A model generated the notes under the pieces. That model saw nothing but the letters and a program-made list of their open reading frames with translations. It was not told where the DNA came from and made no database searches. A program made the position numbers and the translations under genes. This document shows, one piece after another, positions 9,380 to 19,367 of a DNA stretch of 64,000 bases. Source of the stretch: an uncultured Acidimicrobiales bacterium (GTDB lineage Bacteria > Actinomycetota > Acidimicrobiia > Acidimicrobiales > VFJN01); assembly GCA_963830865.1 (NCBI GenBank), contig CAWHNU010000011.1, forward strand, positions 605,210 through 669,209. The letters are read 5' to 3'. Numbering within the stretch: the first letter of the stretch is position 1; every line of letters starts with the position of its first letter.

Positions 9380-9979
9380 ATGGCGCCGAGCGACACGCTG
9401 GTCGCGCTGGCCGCGGAGGCGGCCGGCTGCACCCGCTGCGAGCTCTACAAGCGGGCGACCCGGACGGTGTTCGGCGAGGGCGATCCGGCGGCCGCGCTCA
9501 TGCTGGTGGGCGAGCAGCCGGGCGACCGGGAGGACCTGGCCGGGCACCCGTTCGTCGGGCCCGCGGGAGCCGTGCTCGACGCCGCCCTGAGCGATGCCGG
9601 TGTCCCGCCGGAGCGGACGTGGACGACCAACGCGGTGAAGCACTTCAAGTGGACGCCGCGAGGGAAGCGGCGCATCCACCAGAAGCCGAGCGCCAGCGAG
9701 ATCCAGGCCTGCCACACCTGGCTGGAGCAGGAGATCGACCTGGTGCAGCCGGACGTCGTCGTGTGCCTCGGCGCCACCGCGGCCCGGGCGGTCCTCGGCC
9801 GGCCGACGACGATCCGGGACGTGCGGGGCCAGGTCCTCGACGGTCCGGGCGGCCGTGCGGTGGTCGTGACCATCCATCCGTCCGCGGTGCTGCGGGCGCC
9901 GGACGAGGACCGGGACGACCTGCGGGCCGGCCTCACGGCCGACCTGGCGCTCGCCTGGTCCCTCAGCCGCTCGCGCTAG
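9380..9979 (+). CDS. udgX: UdgX-type family 4 uracil-DNA glycosylase
   Basis: CTRCELY, GEGDPAAALMLVGEQPGDREDLAGHPFVGPAG, and the diagnostic KRRIH loop (NAVKHFKWTPRGKRRIHQKP). HPSAVLR. Confidence 0.85.
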   Translation: MAPSDTLVALAAEAAGCTRCELYKRATRTVFGEGDPAAALMLVGEQPGDREDLAGHPFVGPAGAVLDAALSDAGVPPERTWTTNAVKHFKWTPRGKRRIHQKPSASEIQACHTWLEQEIDLVQPDVVVCLGATAARAVLGRPTTIRDVRGQVLDGPGGRAVVVTIHPSAVLRAPDEDRDDLRAGLTADLALAWSLSRSR

Positions 9980-10048
9980 GCGGGCGGAATAGCACGGCGC
10001 CGCGACGAGTTCCGTTCCGCGTGAAGCACCGCGGACACCGGCACCGAG

Positions 10049-10549
10049 TTGCGTCATGGCCCAGGCGTTGACCGGCCGGCCATACTGGCGCCTGTGGCGG
10101 GGAGCAGCGACCCGCGGTTGGAAGCCGGGGACGGCCCCGACCTGATCCTGGTCGGTGTCGACGGCTCGGAGACCTCCCTACGGGCGGGAGCGTACGCCGC
10201 CGGTCTTGCGCGCCGGCAGCAGGCCCGACTGGTCGTCCTCTACGTGGCGACAGCCTCCGGCATGACCGGATTGGCGCCCGGCGCGGCCGGACTGGCCGCC
10301 GAGGCTCAGCTGGACTCCACGCGCGAGATCCGACGACTCGTCGACGAAGGCGCCGCCTACTACAGCGTCCCTGCGACCTTCGAGGTGCGCCACGGCGACC
10401 CGTACACCGTGTTCGCCAACATCGCCGACGAGTTGCGAGCGGACTCCGTTGTCGTCGGCGCCTCGATGCACGCCGGTCACCGGCTGATCGGGTCCCTCGG
10501 CGTGAAGCTCGTCCGCGCCGGCAAGTGGCCGGTCACCGTCGTGCCCTGA
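10049..10549 (+). CDS. universal stress protein (UspA family); start uncertain (TTG 10049 or GTG 10094)
   Basis: ILVGVDGSETSLRAGAYAAGLA...VVGASMHAGHRLIGSLGVKLVRAGKWPVTVV. Confidence 0.8.
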   Translation: MRHGPGVDRPAILAPVAGSSDPRLEAGDGPDLILVGVDGSETSLRAGAYAAGLARRQQARLVVLYVATASGMTGLAPGAAGLAAEAQLDSTREIRRLVDEGAAYYSVPATFEVRHGDPYTVFANIADELRADSVVVGASMHAGHRLIGSLGVKLVRAGKWPVTVVP

Positions 10550-10600
10550 CCTCGTGTGCCCCCGTCCTGTCAGCCGGAGTCGCCGGGAACCCGACGTCGC

Positions 10601-11056
10601 TCAACTCGCGCTCGGCACGCGGAAGCGGTCCCGCTCCCCGGGGTCGTCGAAGCCGATGACGGCCCATGTCTCGCGCCCGCCGCTGCGGCGGACGCCCTCG
10701 ACCCGGTGGTTGCCGTCCTCCAGGTACAGCTCGCCGTCGCGATACGACGCGATCACCGGCGGCGGCTCCCAGCCGTCGCGCACCTTCTCCTCCAGGTCCT
10801 CGACGTCGTCGCGCCAGTAGTCGTCGTCGACGGCGACGATGACCGGCTCGCCGGGAGGGCCGGCCAGGCGGTTGAGCTGCTCCAGCGGGATCTCGACCGG
10901 GCCGAGCCACCAGCGGGGTCGACCCGTGAGCGCCGCGGCCAGCTCCTCGTTGTCGCTGCCCGGGCTGGCGAGGAACTCGGCCACCCATTCGTTGAGCTCG
11001 TCGCGCTCGGCCGCGGCACGGGCGGCGTCGAGCGAGTGCCTGGCATGATCCGTCAC
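10601..11056 (-). CDS. ParB/Srx-fold (DGNHR motif) domain protein
   Basis: 151 aa. ELYLEDGNHRVEGVRR. ATGA-type overlap with the upstream phosphatase gene. Confidence 0.65.
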   Translation of the reverse strand: MTDHARHSLDAARAAAERDELNEWVAEFLASPGSDNEELAAALTGRPRWWLGPVEIPLEQLNRLAGPPGEPVIVAVDDDYWRDDVEDLEEKVRDGWEPPPVIASYRDGELYLEDGNHRVEGVRRSGGRETWAVIGFDDPGERDRFRVPSAS

Positions 11057-11694
11057 GTCGCAGCCCTACCCGGCAGGACGTGGCAAGTTTCGTTGAACGA
11101 GCGCAGCGTCCACTGCCCCGGTCGAGACTGCCACTCCCACTCGGTGAGCCCGGTGTTCGCCGGCGCGACGCGTGTACCGGTTCCCGGTCGCTCGATGCCG
11201 AGGAGCACCCGCAGCGACGCCTGGATCACGCCGGCGTGGCACACGGCCACGACCGTGCGCTCGTCGTAGGTCCGAGCGAGCCGGTCGAGCACCTGCCGGA
11301 CGCGCTCGTGGAAGCTGTTCCAGCTATCGCCCCCCGGGGCGAAGATCCGGTCGGGCTCGGCCTCCATGTCGAAGGACCCGTAGCGGACGCCCCACTCGGC
11401 CCACTCCAGGCCGTCAGCCTCGCCCGTGTGCACCTCGCACAGGTCGCACTCGCGGCCGAACGTCTCGATCCCGAGGCCGGGCGCGATGATCTCCGCCGTC
11501 TCGATCGCCCGCGGGATGACGCTGGAGAGCAGGACGTCGGCCCGCACCCGGCCCGAGGCCGCGAGGTGGTCCCGCAGGGCCGCCGCCTGCCGGCGGCCGC
11601 GATCGGTCAGACCGGCGCAGCCCCTCGGTCCCCCGATGGCCCCCTGGAAGCCGGCGTACGCATCTCCGTGGCGGACGAGGACCAGGCGCATCAC
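11053..11694 (-). CDS. histidine phosphatase (phosphoglycerate mutase) family protein
   Basis: LVLVRHGDA (RHG motif), AIETAEI, VAVCHAGVI. Confidence 0.9.
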   Translation of the reverse strand: MMRLVLVRHGDAYAGFQGAIGGPRGCAGLTDRGRRQAAALRDHLAASGRVRADVLLSSVIPRAIETAEIIAPGLGIETFGRECDLCEVHTGEADGLEWAEWGVRYGSFDMEAEPDRIFAPGGDSWNSFHERVRQVLDRLARTYDERTVVAVCHAGVIQASLRVLLGIERPGTGTRVAPANTGLTEWEWQSRPGQWTLRSFNETCHVLPGRAAT

Positions 11695-11741
11695 CGCTCA
11701 CCGTAGGGGAGCCCGCGAGATCAACGCGACGGCGGCGGATC

Positions 11742-14529
11742 TCAGGGGGCGGGCCCGGCGAGGGTCAGCGTCCTGGCGGCCTGGTAGGGGCACCCCGCGG
11801 TGTCGAATGCGGTCGCGGTCGCCAGGAGCTGCTCGCGATCGTCACCGAGCAGGGCTTCGGCGCGCTGCACGATGGCGGTGGCGATCGGGTTGCCTGCGAC
11901 GACCGTGCCGGCGGCCGCCAGCTGGCTGCGGGCGCGGGGATCTGCGGCCAGGACGGCGGCCTCCGCTCGCAGCGCCACGTACCAGTGCAGCCAGATCCAG
12001 GCGATCCACTTGCTGGGCGCGGGTTCGCCCGGCTCGGCCGCGAGCCGCTCGAGGGCCAGGGCCGCCTGTCCTCGGTGGAGCAGGACGATGGCGTCGAACG
12101 TCGGGCCGTAGCCGGCCATGCGCTCGGGGGGCACGCCCAGCTCGTCGACGACCGCCAGCCACTCGGCCCGGGCGTCGTCGTCGCCGCGCAGCCCGTGGAC
12201 CATCGCGACCGCGGCGGCCGTGGTGCCGAGGCTGGGTACCCGGGGCCGGCCCGATCGGGTCCAGCTGTCGAGGAACCGGTCGCTGTCGGCGAGCGTGTCC
12301 TCGACCTCGCCGGCCAGCGCTTCCGCCACCAGGAGCCGGGACGTGGCGTAGTGGGCCACCTCGGCCAGCAGCGGCAGGTCGCGCATCTGCCGGCCCCATC
12401 GGCGGGCTGCGTGCAGATCACCCACGCCGATGCTGGTCTCGACCGCCATGATCAGCGTGTCGACGAGCTCGTGGGCGCTGACGGGCGTGACCGGCTCGGA
12501 CGACAGCATGTCGACGCGGCGACGCGCCGTGGCCGCGGCGGCGAAGCTGTCGCCTGCCCGGTGTTGGGCGCCCGTGAGCGCATCGAGCGCTGCGCACTCG
12601 GCGAGCGGGTCGTCCAGCTGGCGGGCGAGCTGAACCGCCCGCTCCGCGAGCGCGGTCGTCTCCGCCGTCGGCTGGGGTTCGGCCCGGTCGGCGTAGAACG
12701 CGTCGCCGAGGACGCCGCACTCCGCCAGCGCGACCGCGGCCCTCGCCGCGGGATCGTCGCCGGCCAGCTCGCGCGCCGTGGCGAGGAGCGCGCCCGCCTC
12801 GCCGGGCAGGGGGAGCCGAGCGAACACGCCGGACATGCGGTAGAAGGCCGTCGCCGCCGTGGCCAGGTCCTGGGCGGCGGACGCGGTGTCTCCGGCGCGT
12901 CGCGCCTCGTCTGCAGCCTCCCGGAGGAGGCGGTACGTGTCGTCTGCGCTCATCCGTAGCGCCGCCACCCCTGCGGCAGAGCGGAGTGCCGCCACTGCGG
13001 CTGGCGGGTCGTCGATGAGGCCGGCGGCCTGCTCGTACCGCTGCTGGGACTCACCGGTCAGGTTGCGAGCGAAGGTCAGGTCCGCCAGCGCCGAGGCCAG
13101 GGCCCCGGCCTCCGCCCGGTGGTCGGGCCGGTCGGCCGCCCAGCCGAGCGCGGCCCGGATGTCGTCGGCCACCTCGTCGACGCGCACCCGCCAGGTCCCG
13201 ATCGCCGGCTGGGCCTCGTGCGCCAGCCCAGCTGCGGTGGTCAGGCACCAGCGCAGGTGTCGAGATCGGGTGGCGTCGAGGTCGCCGGCGTCGACCAGCT
13301 GCTCCATGCCGTACTGGCGGATCGCCTCCAGTGCCCGGTAGCGGATGCTCCCCGAGGACGGTGCCGGGATGAGAAGGCTCTGCTCGGCGAGGCGGGCCAG
13401 GCCGTCGGCGACGGCGTCCGGTCGCTCCAGTGGCGTGAACCCGGCCACCTCGGCCGCGGCGTCGACGGTGAACGGCGCCACGAAGACCGCGATCCGGCGG
13501 AACACGGTCTTCTCGGCGCTGGTCAGCAGCCCGGCGCTCCAGTCCAGCATCGCCCGCACCGAGCTGTGCCGCTCGTCGGCCCGGCGTCCACCGACCAGCA
13601 GCCGCAGGTGATCGGACAGGCCGGCGACGAGCTCGTCGAGGCCGAGCGTGGGCAGGCGGGCAGCCGCAAGCTCGATGGCCAGCGCGATGCCATCCAGCTT
13701 CCGGCAGACCTCGGTGACCACACCCCGTTGCTCCTGGGCCACGGGCCACCCCGCGGCGGCGGCCCGATCCATGAACAGCGCGACCGCATCCGCCCCACCA
13801 CCGTCCTGGCCAGGGTCGCCGTCCAGCGACAGCGGGGGCACGGTGAAGACGTGCTCGAAGGGCACCATGAGCCGGGCCCGACTGGTCGCCAGCACGGTGA
13901 GGCGCGGGCAGCCGGCCAGCAGCCGCTCGACGAGCGGCGTCACGCCGTCGCGCACGTGCTCGCAGTTGTCCAGCACCAGCAGGGCGTGGCGATCCGCCAG
14001 TGCGGTCACCACCGACTCGGACAGGCTGCGGCCCTGCTGCTCCCCGAGGCCGAGCGCCGCCGCGACTGCCCCCGCCACCATCGCCGGATCGGTGACGGGG
14101 ACCAGGGCGACGAACCACATGCTGTCGGCGAACTCGGCCATGGCGTCCGTCGCGACCGCCAGCGCCAGCCGGGTCTTGCCCACCCCGCCCGGGCCCACCG
14201 CGGTCACCAGGCGGTTCGCCCTGAGCGCCTCGCCGAGCGCGGCCCGCTCGTGCGCCCGGCCGATGAAGGACGTCAGCGGCGACGGAAGGGACGCGAGCGC
14301 CTCGCTCGACCGGTCGGCCCTGGCCAGGTCGCCGGCCGCCAGGGCGAGCGCCCGACGGTCCGGGACGCCGAGCTTGCGGAGCAGCGAGGACACATGTGCA
14401 CTCGACCGTGCGCACGGAGATGAAGAGCTGGGCACCGATCTCGGCGTTGCTGCGATGCTCCCCGACCAGGGCCAACACCTCGGCCTCCCGAGGCGAGATG
14501 CCCTCAGCGGCGGACGGCTGCGTCGACAC
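11742..14529 (-). CDS. LuxR-HTH + NB-ARC/AAA ATPase + TPR regulator, interrupted by one frameshift near 14400
   Basis: GISPREAEVLALVGEHRSNAEIGAQLFISVRTVE in one frame continues as (A)HVSSLLRKLGVPDRRALA in the next. Walker A GPGGVGKTRLA. LVLDNCEH. Long helical-repeat C-terminus. Confidence 0.8.
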
Positions 14530-14676
14530 GCGTCCATTGTCCTGCACCGAGCGTGCGCCTGACGTGCGCCCGGCTCCGTGGTCGAGCCCGTGGCCGGATC
14601 CGTGGTCGGCCCCGATGCGGGGACGGCCGGTGGCGGGAGACGCTGCTCGCACCACACCAGAAGGAGCGCAAGCGTC

Positions 14677-15012
14677 ATGAACACCGGCATCCACACCGTC
14701 ATCTACCCGGTCAAGGACATCGCCCGCGCCAAGGCGCTGTACCAGTCCCTGCTGGGTGTCGAGCCCTACGTGGACGAGCCCTACTACGTCGGCTTCCGCG
14801 TCGGCGACCAGGAGTTCGGCCTCGACCCCAACGGCCTCCACCAGGTGATGACCACCTACTACCACGTCGACGACATCGAGGGCCTCCTGGGCCAGCTCCG
14901 CGAGAGCGGCGCATCGCAGCAGGGCGACGTCCGCGACGTCGGCGGGGGCAAGCTGGTGGTCACGCTGACCGACCCCGACGGCAACGTCTTCGGCCTGTCC
15001 CAGGAGCCGTGA
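14677..15012 (+). CDS. VOC (glyoxalase/bleomycin resistance) family protein
   Basis: GAAGGAG lies 10 nt before ATG 14677. MNTGIHTVIYPVKDIARAKALYQSLLGVEP...TLTDPDGNVFGL. Confidence 0.85.
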   Translation: MNTGIHTVIYPVKDIARAKALYQSLLGVEPYVDEPYYVGFRVGDQEFGLDPNGLHQVMTTYYHVDDIEGLLGQLRESGASQQGDVRDVGGGKLVVTLTDPDGNVFGLSQEP

Positions 15013-16137
15013 GTGTCCGCTCAACTGAAGTTCGTTCCCTACCAGCTCCTCGACGGGCGGCCGAGCGTGATCCTCGACGGGTCGCCGGCGCCGGGGACCG
15101 TGCTGACCGTGACGCACTGGCCGGGGTACCCGCCGCCGGCCGGGATCGAGGACGACCTGTCCGCCCAGATGGCGTTCCGCCTGCTGGAGCGGCCCGACCT
15201 GGTGCCCGACGAGGCCGAGGCGGTGTCGAACAACCACTTCGACCAGGACGGGCTCGTGTCGCTCTACGCCCTGGTCGCCCCCGACGACGCCGTCCGGCGC
15301 CGCACGTTCCTGGAGGACGTCGCCTCCGCCGGCGACTTCGCCCTCTGCCGGAACCGGGACGCGGCGCGGGTGTCGATGGTGCTGGCCGCGCTCGGCGACC
15401 GCGACGACCTGCCCGCCGACTACACCGAGCGCACCGGCGTCCTCTACGAGGACGTCCTCGGCCGGCTGCCCGAGCTCTGCGACCACGTCGGGAGGCACCG
15501 CGACGCCTGGGGCGACGAGGACGCCACGCTCGCCGCCAGCGACGCCGCCTTCGAGGACGGCCGGGCCGTGATCGAGGAGCGGCCCGACCTCGACCTCGCC
15601 GTCGTCACCGTGGCCGACGACGCCCCCGACTCCGGCGGCCACCGCTTCGGAGGCGACTGGATCAGCGGGCTCCACCCGATGGCGGTCAACGCCCGCACCG
15701 AGCGGGTCACCCTCGCCCGGCTCCGGGGCCGGCGCTACGACGTGGAGCTGCGCTACGAGGGCTGGGTCCAGATGCGGAGCCGGCCGGTCCGGCCGCGCCG
15801 TGACCTGGCCCCGCTGGCCGCCCGCCTCCAGGACGAGGAGACCGGCGACGCCGTGTGGTCGGCGACGCCGGTCAGCGGCATCCTCCCCCGGCTCCACCTG
15901 GGCGACGGCCAGGAGAGCTCCATCGCCCCCGACCGCTTCGTGGAACTGCTCACCGACCACCTCGCTCACTGCGCCCCCGGCCTGGGACCCGTTCGTCCCG
16001 AAGCACTGACGCCGCGCCGCGGTCAGGCCCGCGCTTCGAGCACGGCGAGGTCGCGCACCGCGTACCGGTGGTGCTCGCACTCCTCCTGCATGACGACCCG
16101 CAGGCACTTCCCGACCGTGCGCGGCTCCTCGGGGTAG
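15013..16137 (+). CDS. hypothetical protein (3' end uncertain)
   Basis: GTG lies immediately after the VOC stop codon. The composition is good up to about 15990. The last ~115 nt overlap the convergent DinB gene and look out of frame. Confidence 0.6.
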   Translation: MSAQLKFVPYQLLDGRPSVILDGSPAPGTVLTVTHWPGYPPPAGIEDDLSAQMAFRLLERPDLVPDEAEAVSNNHFDQDGLVSLYALVAPDDAVRRRTFLEDVASAGDFALCRNRDAARVSMVLAALGDRDDLPADYTERTGVLYEDVLGRLPELCDHVGRHRDAWGDEDATLAASDAAFEDGRAVIEERPDLDLAVVTVADDAPDSGGHRFGGDWISGLHPMAVNARTERVTLARLRGRRYDVELRYEGWVQMRSRPVRPRRDLAPLAARLQDEETGDAVWSATPVSGILPRLHLGDGQESSIAPDRFVELLTDHLAHCAPGLGPVRPEALTPRRGQARASSTARSRTAYRWCSHSSCMTTRRHFPTVRGSSG

Positions 16138-16778
16138 CCCGGTGCCGGGGTGCGTGCGCACAGCCGCTCGAGCTCGTCGTCGGTCAGGCCGTCCACGATG
16201 CGGCGCACCACGGCCATGCGATCGGCCCGGACGTCCATGACCTCGTCGAACGACGGCCGTGCTTCGAGGTCGACGCCGAGCGCCGCCGCGTCCGCGGGCG
16301 GGTAGGAGCTGTAGGGGTAGCCCAGCCGGTCGTAGGGCATCGGTTCGTCGAGCACCGTGCGACTCGCCCAGGCGTCGGTGCAGAACACCAGGTGGCGCTG
16401 CGTCTCGACGAACGACCACTCGTCGTCGACCCGCTCGTGCCGAGCCGGCTCGGGCAGTCGCCGCGCGCGGGCGACCGTGTCCGACCACAGGCGTTCGATC
16501 GCGTCCCACATCGCGCGGTGGTCGTCGGCCGTGCGCATCTCCCGGACCTGGGCCCGCTCCGGGTGCCGCCGGTCGAGCTCGGCCTCCACGAACGCGGTGA
16601 CGTCGACGTCGTTCACGACGACGTTGTCGATGAGCCCGGAGACGTTGACGTCGACGAGCAACGAGTCGACGACCTTCAGCTCGCGCAGGTCGCAGTCGCG
16701 GAAGATCGCGCCGGTGAAGTCGGCGCCGGTGAACCGGGCGCCCCGGAACCGGGCCGTGTCATGGTGCTCGTCGTCCAT
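16023..16778 (-). CDS. pentapeptide-repeat + DinB-family protein
   Basis: ARFRGARFTGADFTGAIFRDCDLRE pentapeptide repeats. DinB-like His triad region (RHLVFCTDAW, ECEHHRYAVRDL). Confidence 0.85.
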   Translation of the reverse strand: MDDEHHDTARFRGARFTGADFTGAIFRDCDLRELKVVDSLLVDVNVSGLIDNVVVNDVDVTAFVEAELDRRHPERAQVREMRTADDHRAMWDAIERLWSDTVARARRLPEPARHERVDDEWSFVETQRHLVFCTDAWASRTVLDEPMPYDRLGYPYSSYPPADAAALGVDLEARPSFDEVMDVRADRMAVVRRIVDGLTDDELERLCARTPAPGYPEEPRTVGKCLRVVMQEECEHHRYAVRDLAVLEARA

Positions 16779-17037
16779 CGCGCCATCGTGCCGGATACGA
16801 CCCTGCTACTGGAGGCCTGTTGACCCCCACGCTGTTCTCCACCACCGTCCTCGCCGACGACGTGGCGACGACCGCCCAGTTCTACGTCCAGCACTTCGGG
16901 TTCGACACTCGGCCCCGCCGGCACGCTCATCGACGTCGTACAGGTCACGACCCCGGACCCGGCCGGCTCCGGGCGAACGGCCTGGCGGGCGGGTGACCGG
17001 CGGGCCTGACCCCCGCCCGCGGGCGCCGGTCGGTACC

Positions 17038-17247
17038 GTGGCCGCAGAGCGGCGTGCCTACACGAACAGCCGGGTCATCGAAGCGCTCGCCAGCGAGGGC
17101 TACGTGGTGAACGCGCGGTTCATCGCACGCCGCGGCGCCTGGGTCTGCAATGTCACCGTGCATGAAAACGATGCGGTGGCCCCTGCCCTCACCCCCGAGC
17201 AGGAGGCGGCCGGCCTGTCCGTCCTCACGGCGCTCTGCGACCTGTGA
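17038..17247 (+). CDS. small hypothetical protein, 69 aa (GTG start)
   Basis: VAAERRAYTNSRVIEALASEGYVVNARFIARRGAWVCNVTVHENDAV... GC3-rich. No family recognised. Could be a remnant. Confidence 0.35.
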   Translation: MAAERRAYTNSRVIEALASEGYVVNARFIARRGAWVCNVTVHENDAVAPALTPEQEAAGLSVLTALCDL

Positions 17248-17251
17248 TCGC

Positions 17252-17981
17252 TCAGCGTTCCCGGGACAGGGGGCGCAGCGGGGCCTCGCCCCGGACGCGG
17301 GTGCCGTTGCGGGCCACCTCGACCGCCAGGCGGTCGCCCGGGACGGCGGGCGATCTGGAAGGGCCAGAGGTCGGTGCGCTCGAAGATGGGGACGCCGTCG
17401 ACGTAGAGGACGATGTCGCCCACCTGCACGCCGGCCTCCTCGGCCCAGCCACCCGGCTGCACCTCTGTCACCCGCAGGCCCGGGAACGTCGCGGTGAGGA
17501 ACATCCCCAGGTCGCAGTGCCAGCGGGAGAAGAACCGCTGCGCCACCGTCCCCGTCTCCAGGTAGAGCACGAGGTCGCGCAGCGACCACAGCCAGCCCTG
17601 CCGGTGCCCCTCCAGCTGGTCCTGCCAGCCGGCGCCGGTGCCGAAGCCCGACTGCACCACCGTGATGCGGGTGCCCTCGGCGACCGACGTGAACGTCACG
17701 GTGACCCTCGTGGCGGCGTCCAGGATCCCGTTGCCCTCGGTCGCGACGAGCCGGCGGTACGGCTCGACCTCCAGGACCTCGCCGTCGACCGGGTCCCACG
17801 GCGGTATCCGCCAGCGGAGCTTTCCGCCCGGCCGGGGATCGATCGCGTACTCGGGGGCCTCCCACCGCGACCGCTCGGCCCCGTCGGTGAACGCCTGCCA
17901 CGCCCGCTCGACGCCGACGGCCACCACGAAGGTGTGCTCGACCCGCTCGTCGGCGCCTGCGCCTGCGTCGGCGCCGGTCAT
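17252..17981 (-). CDS. SRPBCC (AHSA1-like) + PDZ domain protein, one frameshift near 17340
   Basis: VEHTFVVAVGVERAWQAFTD...ITVVQSGFG...LRVTEVQPGGWAEEAGVQVGDIVLYVDGVPI. The final PDZ strands (GDRLAVEVARNGTRV) are in the adjacent frame after a CCCGGG run. Confidence 0.75.
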
Positions 17982-18683
17982 GCGACCGCCGCCGCGTCCG
18001 AGCGTGACCCGAAGATGGCCGTTCCCTGGTGCAACTCGCCGCCGCGGATCCACGACGCGGTCGCCTCCCGGCCGGGCGGCGTGGCCCGGGCAACGGTCCA
18101 CAGCTCGCGGTAGCCGAACACCGGCGCGCCCCCGACCTCGACGAGCAGGTCGCCGCGCTCCAGGCCCAGGCGGGCCCCGAACGCCCCGGGGTCGACAGCG
18201 TGCACGACCAGGCCGGCCGGCACCTCCCGCGCCCGGATGCCGTGGTAGCTGCGCTCGATCGGATGGCGGGGGAAGCCCACCCCGGTCTCGAGGTAGAGGA
18301 TCAGATCGGCGACGCTCTCGTCCGCCCCGCAGCTGACGGACTCCAGGGCGGTGGCCCAGTCGTCGCCGTCGCCGAAGCCGGAGTGGACGATCGTGATGCG
18401 GGTGCCGGTGTCCTCGGCCTCGAAGGTCATGCAGGTCTCGATGGGCCCGGGCAGCGCGGGCGGACCACCCCCGCCGTGGCGGTACCGCAGCCGGTGCGGC
18501 CGGTCGGCCTCGAGGATCGTCCAGGTCACCTCGGTGCCGAACAGGTCGAACCGGGACTCGTCGCCGTCGCCGCCGGTGGGGGTGAAGAACCACCGGGCCA
18601 GCTCGTCCGGGTGGGTGCAGGCGCGCCAGGCCCGCTCCACCGGGACGGAGACGCGAGAAGGTCCGCTCGTAGGTGCCGCTCAT
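17978..18683 (-). CDS. SRPBCC (AHSA1-like) + PDZ domain protein (paralog), frameshift near 18653
   Basis: AAGGAGG plus ATG 18683 gives MSGTYERTFSR, then the frame changes to VSVPVERAWRACTHPDELARWFF...ITIVHSGFG...PDZ (GLERGDLLVEVGGAPV). ATGA overlap with the arsR stop codon. Confidence 0.75.
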
Positions 18684-19288
18684 GTGCCCTCCTTGTCCGA
18701 GGCATCGGGATACGCCGCGAGCGCCACCCGGTAGGGCTCGCCCGCGTTCGTGCTGTACTTCCGCAACAGCGGGCCGACGGCCGCGAGGTACTCGTCGAGG
18801 AACGCCGCCCGGTCGGCCTCGCCGGCGAAGCGCACCTCGGCCACGACCGCGGCGCTGGCGATCTCCTCGGCCTCGAACGCGGCCCGGTCGAGCAGCACCG
18901 CGGCGTCGCGGGCCAGCCGCTCGCCCAACATGACCAGGTTCTCGAGCGAGACCTGGTCGGCCATCGCCGCCAGCCGCCGGGGGTCGCCCCACGCCGCCCG
19001 GGGCAGCACGACGAGCGTGCGGGCGGCCGACCGGTAGAGGCTCTCGACGAAGTTGCCGCTGCGCCGCTCGCCCGCGGCCACCACCAGGCCCGAGCGCTCC
19101 AGCTCCTTCAGGTGGTAGTTGACCTTCTGGCGGGTCTCGCCCAGTCGCCGGGCGACCGCGGCCGCCGAGTCGGGGTGGCGCAGGGCGTCGAGGATCCGCA
19201 CCCGGAGCGGGTGGGACAGCGCCTGGAGCGCCTCGGGGTCGTCGATCGTCTGCACCGCCTGCACATCCGGGAGTCCGGGTGGGGACAT
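18680..19288 (-). CDS. ArsR/SmtB family transcriptional regulator with extended C-terminal domain
   Basis: LQALSHPLRVRILDALRHPDSAAAVARRLGETRQKVNYHLKELERSGLV is the wHTH. Start taken at ATG 19288. Confidence 0.85.
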   Translation of the reverse strand: MSPPGLPDVQAVQTIDDPEALQALSHPLRVRILDALRHPDSAAAVARRLGETRQKVNYHLKELERSGLVVAAGERRSGNFVESLYRSAARTLVVLPRAAWGDPRRLAAMADQVSLENLVMLGERLARDAAVLLDRAAFEAEEIASAAVVAEVRFAGEADRAAFLDEYLAAVGPLLRKYSTNAGEPYRVALAAYPDASDKEGT

Positions 19289-19301
19289 GCCGGCATCATG
19301 C

Positions 19302-19336
19302 GACAAGAATTCTGTCTTGACAAGTTTTTTGTCAAG
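19302..19336. promoter_or_regulatory. AT-rich divergent promoter/operator region with two palindromes
   Basis: GACAAGAATTCTGTC followed by CTTGACAA-GTTTT-TTGTCAAG (perfect 8-bp arms). This is the only AT-rich stretch between the arsR operon and the ATPase gene. Confidence 0.5.
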
Positions 19337-19367
19337 GGGTGCTCCGCTCTCGCGGTTGACCCGGCCG

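Noticed and set aside
7168-9432. Very long ORFs in alternative frames or strands, for example 7168..9432 minus, 13051..16509 minus, 19435..21519 minus, 25477..27783 plus, 53935..56082 plus and 58501..61971 plus.
   Set aside because: Their translations are dominated by Arg/Pro/Gly/Ala with no motifs. They overlap motif-bearing genes on the other strand or frame. Such shadow ORFs are expected at about 70 percent GC.
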